A stretch of 64,000 nt of DNA from Actinomycetota bacterium (GTDB taxonomy: Bacteria > Actinomycetota > UBA4738 > HRBIN12), in assembly GCA_035711865.1 (NCBI GenBank), contig DASTBT010000079.1, positions 702-64,701 on the forward strand. The letters are read 5' to 3'. Position 1 is the stretch's first letter. Each line of letters opens with the position of its first letter. Of this stretch, positions 9,166-18,052 are shown one piece after another. The position numbers and the translations under genes are program-made. The notes beneath the pieces are model-generated. The model ran no database searches. It was given only the letters and a program-made list of their open reading frames with translations, and was not told the DNA's origin.

Positions 9166-10560
9166 TTGCGCCCCGTGAACGGTCACTTGCGCGGGCGTGA
9201 CTTCCGACTGCTCACGCTCTCCGCCGGTCTCTCGTCCCTCGGTGACGAGCTGGCGTTGATCGCGCTCACGATCAAGGTCGCCGACCTCTTCGACTCCGGC
9301 TGGGCCGTCGCCGCGCTGCTGCTGTGCGGCGTGGTGCCGTTGGTGATCTTCGCCCCGGCGGCCGGGGTCATCGTCGACAACTTCGAGACGAGGCGCTCGC
9401 TCGCGATCGCGACCGCGTTGCAGGCGGGGCTCGCGGTGGGACTGGCGTTCACGAACGAGCTGCCGATGATCCTGATGCTCTCGTTCCTGCTGGGCACCGC
9501 TTCGGCGGTGGAGAACCCGTCGATCTATACGCTCGTGCCTCGCGTCGTCGGCGACGACCACGCGACCGAAGGCAACGCCTACCTCGAGGCCGCCCGATAC
9601 ACCGGCATGATCGCTGGGCCCGTGCTCGCTGGCTCGCTCGCGGCCGGCGTCGGAACGAGAACCGCGCTGCTGGTCGACGCCGGCACGTTCGTGGTGATCG
9701 CGGTCGCGGCGGCGCTGATGCGCGTGCGGAGAGCGGTCGTGGAGGAGACCCGGGCCGAGGAGGCCGCCGCTCGCAAGGGGTTCCGCGTGATCCGGGGCGA
9801 CCGCGTGCTCCTGGTGGGGTTCGCCGTGATCGGGGCGGTGATCCTGTTCGCCGCGATGGACAACGTGGCCGAGATCTTCTTCGCGACCGACACGTTGGGC
9901 GCTGGGGATTGGGGCTACGGCCTGCTCGCCTCCGCCTGGCTGGTCGGGATGGTGGGGGGCGCCACCTTGATCGGCCGCCGTCTCCAGGACGGCCGGCTCC
10001 TCTGGTCGATGGCCGGGGCCGCGGTGGTCAACGGAGCGGCGGTCTTCGCCGCCGCCGCGTTGGCCAACTTCCCGCTCGCTATCGCGCTGTTCGTCGTCGG
10101 CGGACTCGCGAACGGCGTGGAGACCGTGGCGATGCGGAGCCTGATCGTGCATCGGGTGGCCGATCGGTTCCGCGGCAGGGCGTTCGCGTCCTACGGTGCC
10201 CTCGTGAACGGCATGCAGATCGGAGCGACGGCCGCGGCCGGGGCGATCGTCGCCGGCCTGGGCGGCCGCGCGGCGCTGCTGATCGGCGGTGCGGGCACGG
10301 CGATGGCGGGCGTCGCCGGCCTGATCGCCTCGCGCCAGCTCGATCGGCGCGAGGCACGCGTGGAGCCCGACGAGGCCGTGGCGGAAGAGACCGTCCGCGA
10401 GGTCACGCTCCCCGATTCGCCCGCTACCCCTGAGGCCGAGGAGGCGGTCCCGGTGGCCATGAGCGAGAGCGCCGACGGGGTCGACGGCTCCACCCCGCAC
10501 CGCCCCGACATCACCCGTCTCCCGGAGTCCGAGCCGGTGCAGCCGGTCGCCGACTCCTGA
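9166..10560 (+). CDS. MFS transporter
   Basis: Many hydrophobic helices across about 400 aa, consistent with a 12-TM MFS-like topology, with an acidic or Pro-rich C-terminal tail. The TTG start at 9166 is uncertain; GTG 9175 is an alternative. Confidence 0.75.
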   Translation: MRPVNGHLRGRDFRLLTLSAGLSSLGDELALIALTIKVADLFDSGWAVAALLLCGVVPLVIFAPAAGVIVDNFETRRSLAIATALQAGLAVGLAFTNELPMILMLSFLLGTASAVENPSIYTLVPRVVGDDHATEGNAYLEAARYTGMIAGPVLAGSLAAGVGTRTALLVDAGTFVVIAVAAALMRVRRAVVEETRAEEAAARKGFRVIRGDRVLLVGFAVIGAVILFAAMDNVAEIFFATDTLGAGDWGYGLLASAWLVGMVGGATLIGRRLQDGRLLWSMAGAAVVNGAAVFAAAALANFPLAIALFVVGGLANGVETVAMRSLIVHRVADRFRGRAFASYGALVNGMQIGATAAAGAIVAGLGGRAALLIGGAGTAMAGVAGLIASRQLDRREARVEPDEAVAEETVREVTLPDSPATPEAEEAVPVAMSESADGVDGSTPHRPDITRLPESEPVQPVADS

Positions 10561-10677
10561 CGCGCGCTCCCGCCCGCACGCAGCGCGACTCCGATCACCT
10601 CGGGATCGCCGGCTCCGATCGAAGGGTCCGGGAGACTCGCGATCTTCGCGGGTCAGATGGCTCGCTGCATCGCGATG

Positions 10678-10711
10678 GGAGGTACAGGGGGGGGACCCTA
10701 CCTGTACCTCC
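10678..10711. terminator. Perfect 11-bp-stem hairpin between convergent genes (candidate bidirectional terminator without a U-tract)
   Basis: GGAGGTACAGG (10678-10688) and CCTGTACCTCC (10701-10711) are exact reverse complements around a 12-nt G/C-rich loop. Located 16 nt past the cupin stop. Confidence 0.35.
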
Positions 10712-10726
10712 GTCAGTGCACCCCCG

Positions 10727-11158
10727 TCACGTGAGACAGGGATTCGACTCGTCGGTCGTCGGGGCAGCGCCGGGAGCCAACCCGACGAAGGTGGCGATCA
10801 GGAGTGCCGGATCGTCTCCCACGGCCGTCGCCTTGTGCACGTGCCCAGGTGTCTCCACGAAGACCTCACCTTGGTCGTACACCGTCCGCGTGCAGGTGTC
10901 CCCGTCGGCGAGGGCGACCCGTCCGGCCTTCACGAGGACGAACACGTGGGCGGGGTGCGAGTGCCATCCCGTGGTTCCCTTCGCCTCCAACGCGGCGCGG
11001 ACGAACAACGCGGTGGTTGGGTCGGCGTGCTGAATCGACAGGGGGTCCACGGGGCCGGAGCCAAGGACCCTGGCTACGTATCCACGGCTCGGCGTCGCGA
11101 CCGCGATCCCTGCGGTCAGAACGACGAGCGCCGCGATACCGATCATGATGCGCTTCAT
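10727..11158 (-). CDS. Secreted cupin domain protein
   Basis: N-terminal signal-like MKRIMIGIAALVVLTAGIAVA. Cupin metal motif GWHSHP....V and a later PGHVH. ATG 11158 is preceded by GGAAGGA. Confidence 0.7.
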   Translation of the reverse strand: MKRIMIGIAALVVLTAGIAVATPSRGYVARVLGSGPVDPLSIQHADPTTALFVRAALEAKGTTGWHSHPAHVFVLVKAGRVALADGDTCTRTVYDQGEVFVETPGHVHKATAVGDDPALLIATFVGLAPGAAPTTDESNPCLT

Positions 11159-11361
11159 GCTCAACGTCCTTCCGTCGATGCGGGCAGACGCACGGGAAGA
11201 CGCAAGGGAGGACCGCGAGACGGTGGATGCCAGTCCATTGCTCTCGGACGCTACGGGGTGTTTCGTGGGGGGTCAAGCCTTCGATCGACCGTGGACGGCG
11301 TCGTCCGCGTCGAGTCGCTGGCTTCGACCGGCAGGTCCGCTAGACTCGCCACACAGGCGAC

Positions 11362-11645
11362 GACGGGAACGAGTAGTCGGGTCCCAGCCCTCCAGCGAGC
11401 CGGAGACGGTGCGAGTCCGGCGGGCTGGCCCGGTGAACATCATCCCCGAGCCGCCGCCCGAACGGCGTGCCGGCCGGCGACGAGGTCCGGACGGACGCCC
11501 AGTAGACGCGGCCGGGTCCGCCCGTGACAGCGGGGGCTCTTCGTCGAGCCGGTGAGGGGGCGGGCATCGTGAGAGGCCCGCCAAGCAGGGTGGCACCGCG
11601 GGGCTCGCGCCTCGTCCCTGGAAGGGACGAGGCGCTTCGTGTTGT
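11362..11645 (+). promoter_or_regulatory. T-box riboswitch leader of ileS (Ile specifier AUC)
   Basis: Stem I elements GAGUA (S-turn), AGCGAG (AG bulge) and GGUGCGAG (distal loop). Specifier loop GUGAACAUCAUCC has AUC at 11439-11441 followed by A. A stem III hairpin GGCGGGC...GCCCGCC follows. T-box core AGGGUGGCACCGCGG lies at 11587-11602, then a 12-bp hairpin. A possible -10 TAGACT sits at 11341-11346. Confidence 0.85.
11607..11645 (+). terminator. T-box expression-platform hairpin (intrinsic-terminator-like)
   Basis: GCGCCTCGTCCC-tggaa-GGGACGAGGCGC is a perfect 12-bp stem (11607-11635) followed by TTCGTGTTGT. The ileS Shine-Dalgarno GGAGAGGAG (11648-11656) lies outside the helix. Confidence 0.55.
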
Positions 11646-11664
11646 CGGAGAGGAGCAGGTGGCG

Positions 11665-14600
11665 ATGAGCGATCAATCGGGAGCGTTCACCCGGCTGCCT
11701 CCGAAGCCGGATCACCCGGCCATCGAGCTCGACGTCCTGGAACGATGGGACCAGGACGGCACCTTCCAGCGGCTTCGCGATAAGAACCGGGGCGGCCCGA
11801 CGTGGAGCTTCATCGACGGTCCCGTGACCGCGAACAAGGTCCTGGGGGTCCACACCGCGTGGGGGCGGACCTTGAAGGACGTGTTCCAGCGCTACCGGGC
11901 GATGCGCGGATTCGACCAGCGCTACCAGAACGGCTTCGACTGCCAGGGCCTCTGGATCGAGGTCGGCGTCGAACGGGAGCTCGGCCTGAACTCGAAGAAG
12001 GAGATCGAGTCCTACGGCCTGGCCGAGTTCGCCCGCAAGTGCCGCGAGAAGGTCATCTGGTCGGCGGGCGAGCTGACCAGGGGCTCCAAGCGCCTCGGGC
12101 AGTGGATGGACTGGGGCAACGACTACTACACGTTCTCCGACACGAACATCGAGTACATCTGGCGTTTCCTGCAGGTCATGCACGAGCGCGGGTGGCTCTA
12201 CCAGGGGTACCGAGCCACCGAGTGGTGCCCCCGGTGCGGGACGTCGATGTCCCAGCACGAGCTGTCCCAGGCGGACGTGTACCGGGAGAAGACCGACCCC
12301 TCGATCTACGTGCGCTTCCCCCTTCGGGAGCGTCCCGGAGAGGCCCTCGTCATCTGGACCACTACCCCATGGACGCTGCCGGCCAACGTGGCGGCCGCGG
12401 TGAACCCCGACGCGGAGTACATCTTGCGCGAGGACGGGACGTGGGTGGCCCGAGCCCGGTACCCCGACGAGCCGGCGGCGAGGACGTCGCTCGGCTCGGA
12501 GCTGGTCGGGCTGACCTACGAAGGGCCGTTCGATCATCTCCCCGCGGCCGGCGACGACCATCGGGTCATCGCCTGGGACGAGGTCTCGCTCGAGGAGGGA
12601 ACCGGGATCGTCCACATCGCCCCCGGCGCGGGGACCGAGGACTTCGAGCTGTCGAGGGTCCACGATCTGCGGGTGTTGGTGCCCGTGGACGAGTCCGGCC
12701 ACTTCTACGACGACTACGGCTGGCTCCACGGGTTGGGGACGGTGGAGTCGGCAGATCAGATCGTGGCCGACCTGTCCGAGCGAGGCCGGCTGGAGTCGGC
12801 CGAGGAGATCGTGCACCGCTATGCGCACTGCTGGCGTTGCCAGACCCCCTTGATATTCCGCGTCGTGGAGGACTGGTACATCGCCGTCGACGAGGTCCGC
12901 CCGAGGCTGCTCGAGGCGAACGCCACCGTGCGATGGACACCCGAGTACATGGGCAAACGCATGGACGACTGGCTCCGTAACATGGGCGACTGGAACATCT
13001 CCCGCCGTCGGTACTACGGACTGCCGCTGCCCTTCTACCCCTGCTCCTGCGGACACCTGAACGTGATCGGGTCCAAGCGCGAGCTCGAGGATCGAGCGAC
13101 CGATGGGCTGGACCAGTTGGAAGAGCTGCGCAGGCCGTGGATCGACGCGGTCCCCGTGCGGTGCGATGAGTGTGGGAACGTCGTCACCCGCGTGCCGGAG
13201 GTCGGGGACGTATGGCTGGACGCGGGGATCGTCCCGTTCTCCACGCTCGGCTGGCACAACCCCGAGTGGGTGCCGGAGGGCTACGCCACGGGTGCATCCG
13301 AGAGCCTTTCCACGGCGGATCTCCCTGACCACGCCCACTGGGAGACGTGGTTCCCCGCCGACTGGGTGTCGGAGATGCGCGAACAGATCCGGCTGTGGTT
13401 CTACTCGCAGCTGTTCATGTCGGTGGCCCTGATCGGACGGGCGCCGTTCCGGGAGGTCTTGGGCTACGAGAAGATGCTCGACGAGCAGGGCCGGGAGATG
13501 CACGGCTCGTGGGGCAACCTGATCGAGGCCGAGGACGCCTTCGCTCGGATGGGCGCCGACGTCATGCGATGGCAGTTCTGCGCGCAGCCTCCCGACCAGG
13601 ACCTGTTGTTCGGTTACGGGCCGGGGCACGAGATCAAGCGGAAGCTCCTCACGCTGTGGAACTCCGTTTCGTTCTTCATCGAGTACGCCAACATCCGCGG
13701 GTTCCTGCCCGATGAGGCCGACCTGTCCGCCGGGCCGCGCGGAGATCTCCAGCCGCTCGACCGGTGGCTCGTCGCCAGGACCCGGCAACTGGTGCGTGAC
13801 GCCACCGCCGGCTACGAGGCGTCCATGACGGTGAACGTCATCAGGGCGTTCGACTCGTTCGTGGAAGACGTCTCCACGTGGTACATCCGGCGGTCCCGCC
13901 GGCGGTTCTGGCAGGAGGACGACGTTGCCCTGAGCACGTTGTGGCATGCCCTGATCCCGGCCCTGCAGGTGATCGCGCCGATCATGCCGTTCCTCACCGA
14001 GCATCTGTGGCAGAACCTGGTTGCCAGGGCGTGCACCGGGGCGCCCGACTCCGTGTTCCTGGCGGGGTGGCCGGAGCTCGGGGACCCGGACACCGAGTTG
14101 CTGGAGGAGATGGACGAGGTCCGGCGGGTCGTCGAGTTGGGTCGGCGGGCCCGGGCCGAGGCCGGGATCAAGCTGCGCCAGCCGTTGCGGCAGGCGTGGG
14201 TGCGTGGTGCGCCTCGGGCGAGGGCCCATGTCGAGGAGATCCGTGACGAGCTCCGGGTGAAGCAGATCGGTTTCGACGAAGGGCCGATGAGGAGGGCCAC
14301 GCCGCTGCCGAACCTGCCCGTGCTCGGCCCTCGGCTCGGGGCGAAGGTCAACGAGGTCCGGGCCGCGTTCCAGGCGGGCGACTACGAGGAGCTTCCGGGC
14401 GGCGGGGTGCGGGTCGCGGGCATCGAGCTCGGGCCGAACGACGTGATCCACGGCGAGCGTGTCGCCGTGGAAGGGTGGGCGTTCGCCGAGGAGGGCAAGA
14501 TGTCGCTCGCCCTCGACGTGACCCTCGACGACGAGCTTCGCGTGGACGGGCGGGTGCTGGACCTGATCCGAACGTTGAACGACCTGCGGAAGACGACCGG

Positions 14601-14748
14601 GCTCGAGCTGACCGACCGCATCCGGGTGACGCTGCCGGAGCAGGAGGCCGACCTCCTGCCGCGGGCCGACCGGATCAAGGCCGAGGTCCTGGCCGTCTCA
14701 CTCGATACGGACGCGTCCGCGACGGAACCGCTCATCGAGAAGGCGTAG
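11665..14748 (+). CDS. ileS: Isoleucine--tRNA ligase (long form, about 1027 aa)
   Basis: Class Ia architecture with WCPRCGTS and CWRCQTP zinc-knuckle-like blocks, an editing domain and a long C-terminal domain. Preceded by an Ile T-box. ATG 11665; the in-frame GTG 11659 is also possible. Confidence 0.93.
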   Translation: MSDQSGAFTRLPPKPDHPAIELDVLERWDQDGTFQRLRDKNRGGPTWSFIDGPVTANKVLGVHTAWGRTLKDVFQRYRAMRGFDQRYQNGFDCQGLWIEVGVERELGLNSKKEIESYGLAEFARKCREKVIWSAGELTRGSKRLGQWMDWGNDYYTFSDTNIEYIWRFLQVMHERGWLYQGYRATEWCPRCGTSMSQHELSQADVYREKTDPSIYVRFPLRERPGEALVIWTTTPWTLPANVAAAVNPDAEYILREDGTWVARARYPDEPAARTSLGSELVGLTYEGPFDHLPAAGDDHRVIAWDEVSLEEGTGIVHIAPGAGTEDFELSRVHDLRVLVPVDESGHFYDDYGWLHGLGTVESADQIVADLSERGRLESAEEIVHRYAHCWRCQTPLIFRVVEDWYIAVDEVRPRLLEANATVRWTPEYMGKRMDDWLRNMGDWNISRRRYYGLPLPFYPCSCGHLNVIGSKRELEDRATDGLDQLEELRRPWIDAVPVRCDECGNVVTRVPEVGDVWLDAGIVPFSTLGWHNPEWVPEGYATGASESLSTADLPDHAHWETWFPADWVSEMREQIRLWFYSQLFMSVALIGRAPFREVLGYEKMLDEQGREMHGSWGNLIEAEDAFARMGADVMRWQFCAQPPDQDLLFGYGPGHEIKRKLLTLWNSVSFFIEYANIRGFLPDEADLSAGPRGDLQPLDRWLVARTRQLVRDATAGYEASMTVNVIRAFDSFVEDVSTWYIRRSRRRFWQEDDVALSTLWHALIPALQVIAPIMPFLTEHLWQNLVARACTGAPDSVFLAGWPELGDPDTELLEEMDEVRRVVELGRRARAEAGIKLRQPLRQAWVRGAPRARAHVEEIRDELRVKQIGFDEGPMRRATPLPNLPVLGPRLGAKVNEVRAAFQAGDYEELPGGGVRVAGIELGPNDVIHGERVAVEGWAFAEEGKMSLALDVTLDDELRVDGRVLDLIRTLNDLRKTTGLELTDRIRVTLPEQEADLLPRADRIKAEVLAVSLDTDASATEPLIEKA

Positions 14749-14794
14749 GGGGTGCGCCCGAGATGGGGCGCGGACGGGACTACGCTGGCAGGCG

Positions 14795-17374
14795 ATGCCG
14801 GCCACCGACACCGTCATCGGCCTGACCGGCGCCGAGGCCGCAGAGCGCCTTCGCCGCGAGGGGCCGAACAGACTGCCGACGGGCACGACCGTGTCGTGGG
14901 AACAGCGGCTCGCCCGCCAGCTGTTCCACTTCTTCGCCCTGATGCTGTGGGTCGCGGCGGTGCTCGCCGTGGTCGCCGGCCTGCCGCAGCTGGGGATCGC
15001 GATCGTGGCGGTGGTCGTGCTGAACGCCGTGTTCGCGTTCGTGCAGGAACGCCGAGCCGACCACGCGGCCGAGGGCCTGAGGGATCTGCTGCCCCGACGA
15101 GCGCTCGTGGTCCGCGACGGCGCATCGATCGAGATCGACGCGGCGGATCTGGTCGTCGGCGACCTCGTGCTGTTGGGGTCGGGCGACCGGATCTCGGCGG
15201 ACCTCGAGATCGTCGAGGCACACACCGCGCGGGTCGACACCTCGACCCTGACCGGTGAGAGTCGTCCGTCGTCGCTCGAGGACGTCGATCGTGCGTTCGC
15301 GGGAACGTTCCTGACCGAGGGCGAGGCCCGGGGCGTCGTGTATGCGACCGGCGAGCGCACCCGGCTCGCCGAGATCGCACGGCTCGCCTCCGGTCCCTCG
15401 CCATCACCCCCCCTCGTCGGAGAGATCCAGAGGGTCGTCCGCACGATCTCGACTGTCGCGATCACCGTGGGCGTCGCCTTCTTCGTGATCTCACTGGTGC
15501 TCGGGTCCGAGCCCAGCGACGGCTTCCTGTTGGCGGTAGGTGTGACCGTGGCTCTCGTTCCTGAGGCACTGCTGCCCACGGTGACGCTGTCGCTGGCGAT
15601 CGGCGCACAGCGCATGGCCGATCGGAGCGCTCTCGTCCGCCGGCTCGAATCCGTGGAGACCCTCGGCTCCGCCACCTTCGTGTGCACCGACAAGACGGGC
15701 ACCCTGACGCTCAACGAGCTCACCGCCGTCGAGATCTGGACCCCGCTGGGATCGACGCAGATCGAGGGTTCGGGCTACGACCCCGCCGGCCGGATCTCCC
15801 CCGAGGACCCCGACGTGGCCGCGGCCGTGCGCCGCTTGGCCCGCGTCGCCGTCCGGTGTTCCACGGGAAGGATCGTGCAGCGGGGAGACCGTTGGGTGGC
15901 GCTCGGCGACCCGCTCGACGCAGCCGTCGACACCCTGGCCCGTCGGGTCGGCCTCGATCCGGACGCCGATCGTGAGGCGCATCCCGATGTTCGACGGTTC
16001 CCGTTCGACCCGCGACGACGGCGGATGTCGGTCGTCGTGGATCGCGAGGTCTTCGTCAAGGGCGCCTCGGACGGGTTGCTGGCGCTGTGCGCTTCCGATG
16101 CGGCCGTGGAGGGTGTGCAGTCGGACATGGCGGAACGTGGGCTCCGCGTGATCGCGGTCGCAACGCGCTCGATCGGGAAAGCTGAGCATCCCGCCGCGAT
16201 CGAGCGCGACGCGGCCGAGCGCGACCTGGAGCTGCTGGGGCTCATCGGGCTGCTCGACCCGCCGAGAGCGCACGTCGCCGCCTCGATCGATGCATGCCGT
16301 CGCGCCGGTGTGAAGGTGGCGATGGTCACCGGGGATCACCCTCGCACGGCCGGATCGATCGCCCGCCAGACCGGCTTGGCGCGTGGGGAGGTCACGGTGA
16401 TCGAAGGTGCTCACCTGCCGGCCGACGACGCGGAGCTCGGCGAGATGGTCGACCGAGACGGCATCGTGCTCGCTCGCATCGAGCCCGAACAGAAGCTGCG
16501 CATCGCGCGCGCGTTGCGAGCGCGTGACCACGTGGTCGCGATGACCGGCGACGGAGTCAACGACGCACCCGCACTCCGCGAGGCGGACATCGGCGTGGCG
16601 ATGGGCCGTTCGGGCACCGATGTCGCGCGTGAGGCTGCCGATCTCGTGCTGCTCGACGACGACTTCGCCACCATCGTGGCCGCGATCGAGTACGGGCGAG
16701 GCATCTACGCGAACGTCCGGCGGTTCCTGACCTACCACCTCACCGACAACGTCTCGGAGGTGACCCCGTTCATCGTGTGGGCGCTGTCCGGGGGCTCGAT
16801 CCCGCTCGCCCTCGGCGTACTGCAGATCCTCGCCCTCGACATCGGCACCGACACGCTGTCGGCAACCGCCTTGGGGGCGGAGCGCCCCGGGGAACGGGTG
16901 ATGAACCGGCCGCCGGACCGCAACCGCTTGCTGGACCGGGAGGTCGCCCGGCGCGCGTTCGGGGTGCTGGGACCTGCCGAGGCCCTGTTCACGATGCTCG
17001 CGTTCTTCGTGTCCTTCCTCGCGGCGGGCTGGCGGCCGGGGGAGCCATTCCCGGGCGGCCACGTGCTGCTCCAGGCCTCCGGGGCGGCGTTCGCAACGGT
17101 CGTGAGCGCACAGACCGTGAACGCGTGGGCGTGTCGGAGCGCGACCAGGTGGCCCGGTGCGCTCGGCTGGTTCTCCAACCGGCTGCTCGTGTGGGGCGCC
17201 TCGGCTGAGCTGGTGATCGCCGGTGCGTTCCTGTTCGTGCCGGGACTCGCGTCGCTGCTCGAACAGGCCGTGCCCTCGGCGGCCGGTTGGGTGGTCGCGG
17301 TGGCGGCGGCGCCTGGGCTCCTCGGGGTCGACGCGGCGTACAAGGCGTACCGTCGCCGCCGCCGCCCGGGGTGA
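14795..17374 (+). CDS. P2-type cation-transporting P-type ATPase (Ca2+/Mg2+-type)
   Basis: Cation_ATPase_N-like start (GLTGAEAAERLRREGPNRL), TGES, CTDKTGTLT and MTGDGVNDAPAL motifs, and 10-TM-like C-terminal helices. Confidence 0.9.
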   Translation: MPATDTVIGLTGAEAAERLRREGPNRLPTGTTVSWEQRLARQLFHFFALMLWVAAVLAVVAGLPQLGIAIVAVVVLNAVFAFVQERRADHAAEGLRDLLPRRALVVRDGASIEIDAADLVVGDLVLLGSGDRISADLEIVEAHTARVDTSTLTGESRPSSLEDVDRAFAGTFLTEGEARGVVYATGERTRLAEIARLASGPSPSPPLVGEIQRVVRTISTVAITVGVAFFVISLVLGSEPSDGFLLAVGVTVALVPEALLPTVTLSLAIGAQRMADRSALVRRLESVETLGSATFVCTDKTGTLTLNELTAVEIWTPLGSTQIEGSGYDPAGRISPEDPDVAAAVRRLARVAVRCSTGRIVQRGDRWVALGDPLDAAVDTLARRVGLDPDADREAHPDVRRFPFDPRRRRMSVVVDREVFVKGASDGLLALCASDAAVEGVQSDMAERGLRVIAVATRSIGKAEHPAAIERDAAERDLELLGLIGLLDPPRAHVAASIDACRRAGVKVAMVTGDHPRTAGSIARQTGLARGEVTVIEGAHLPADDAELGEMVDRDGIVLARIEPEQKLRIARALRARDHVVAMTGDGVNDAPALREADIGVAMGRSGTDVAREAADLVLLDDDFATIVAAIEYGRGIYANVRRFLTYHLTDNVSEVTPFIVWALSGGSIPLALGVLQILALDIGTDTLSATALGAERPGERVMNRPPDRNRLLDREVARRAFGVLGPAEALFTMLAFFVSFLAAGWRPGEPFPGGHVLLQASGAAFATVVSAQTVNAWACRSATRWPGALGWFSNRLLVWGASAELVIAGAFLFVPGLASLLEQAVPSAAGWVVAVAAAPGLLGVDAAYKAYRRRRRPG

Positions 17375-17482
17375 TCGAAGCGATCCGGGGTCGTTGTGAT
17401 GCGCTCAGCGGGCCTGTCGAGACCGCCGTCGACCTCATCGGTGAGAAGCTGGGGCTGAGGAGCTCGCGAGAGGAGGGGAGCC

Positions 17483-17992
17483 GTGAAGGTGCTCGTCTCG
17501 GCTGCGTCCAGGTACGGAGCCACCGGCGAGATCGCTCGAGCGATCGGGGAGGTGCTTGCCGAGCGCGGTTTCGACACCACGGTCAGCCCACCCGAGGAGA
17601 TCGAATCGATCGAGGAGTACGACGCGGTCGTTCTCGGGAGCGGTGTGTATGCGGGTCATTGGCTCGAGCCGGCGAAGGAGCTCGTCGATCGATCCGGTGA
17701 TGCCCTTGCTCCTCGGCCCGTCTGGCTCTTCTCGAGCGGCCCCGTCGGCGATCCCTCGAGGAAGATGGTCCAGAAGATGGGGGAGGACCCCGTCGATGTC
17801 GCGGAGATCCTCGCAGCCACGAAGGCTCGGGACCATCGCGTGTTCGCAGGGAAGATCGACAGGAAGAACCTGAGCTTTCCCGAGCGGGCCATGCTGATGG
17901 CCTTCCGAGGGCTGGAAGGCGACTTCCGGAACTGGGACGAGATCAGGGGATGGGCGTCGGGTATCGCCGATGCCTTGAAGTCAGGGTCCTGA
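17483..17992 (+). CDS. Flavodoxin-domain protein (HemG-like)
   Basis: MKVLVSAASRYGATGEIA ... YDAVVLGSGVY pattern typical of flavodoxin_5/HemG-like proteins. GTG start after GAGGAGGGGA. Confidence 0.7.
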   Translation: MKVLVSAASRYGATGEIARAIGEVLAERGFDTTVSPPEEIESIEEYDAVVLGSGVYAGHWLEPAKELVDRSGDALAPRPVWLFSSGPVGDPSRKMVQKMGEDPVDVAEILAATKARDHRVFAGKIDRKNLSFPERAMLMAFRGLEGDFRNWDEIRGWASGIADALKSGS

Positions 17993-18052
17993 CATCGAGA
18001 GGCGGTCGGTCAGCATGATCGAGCACTCCCGAGTTCAGTCGAGATCCCCTAC

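Noticed and set aside
11440-14451. 1003-aa ORF on the minus strand
   Set aside because: Exactly antisense to ileS. The composition is Arg/Pro/Gly/His-rich low complexity, typical of shadow frames in high-GC DNA. No motifs.
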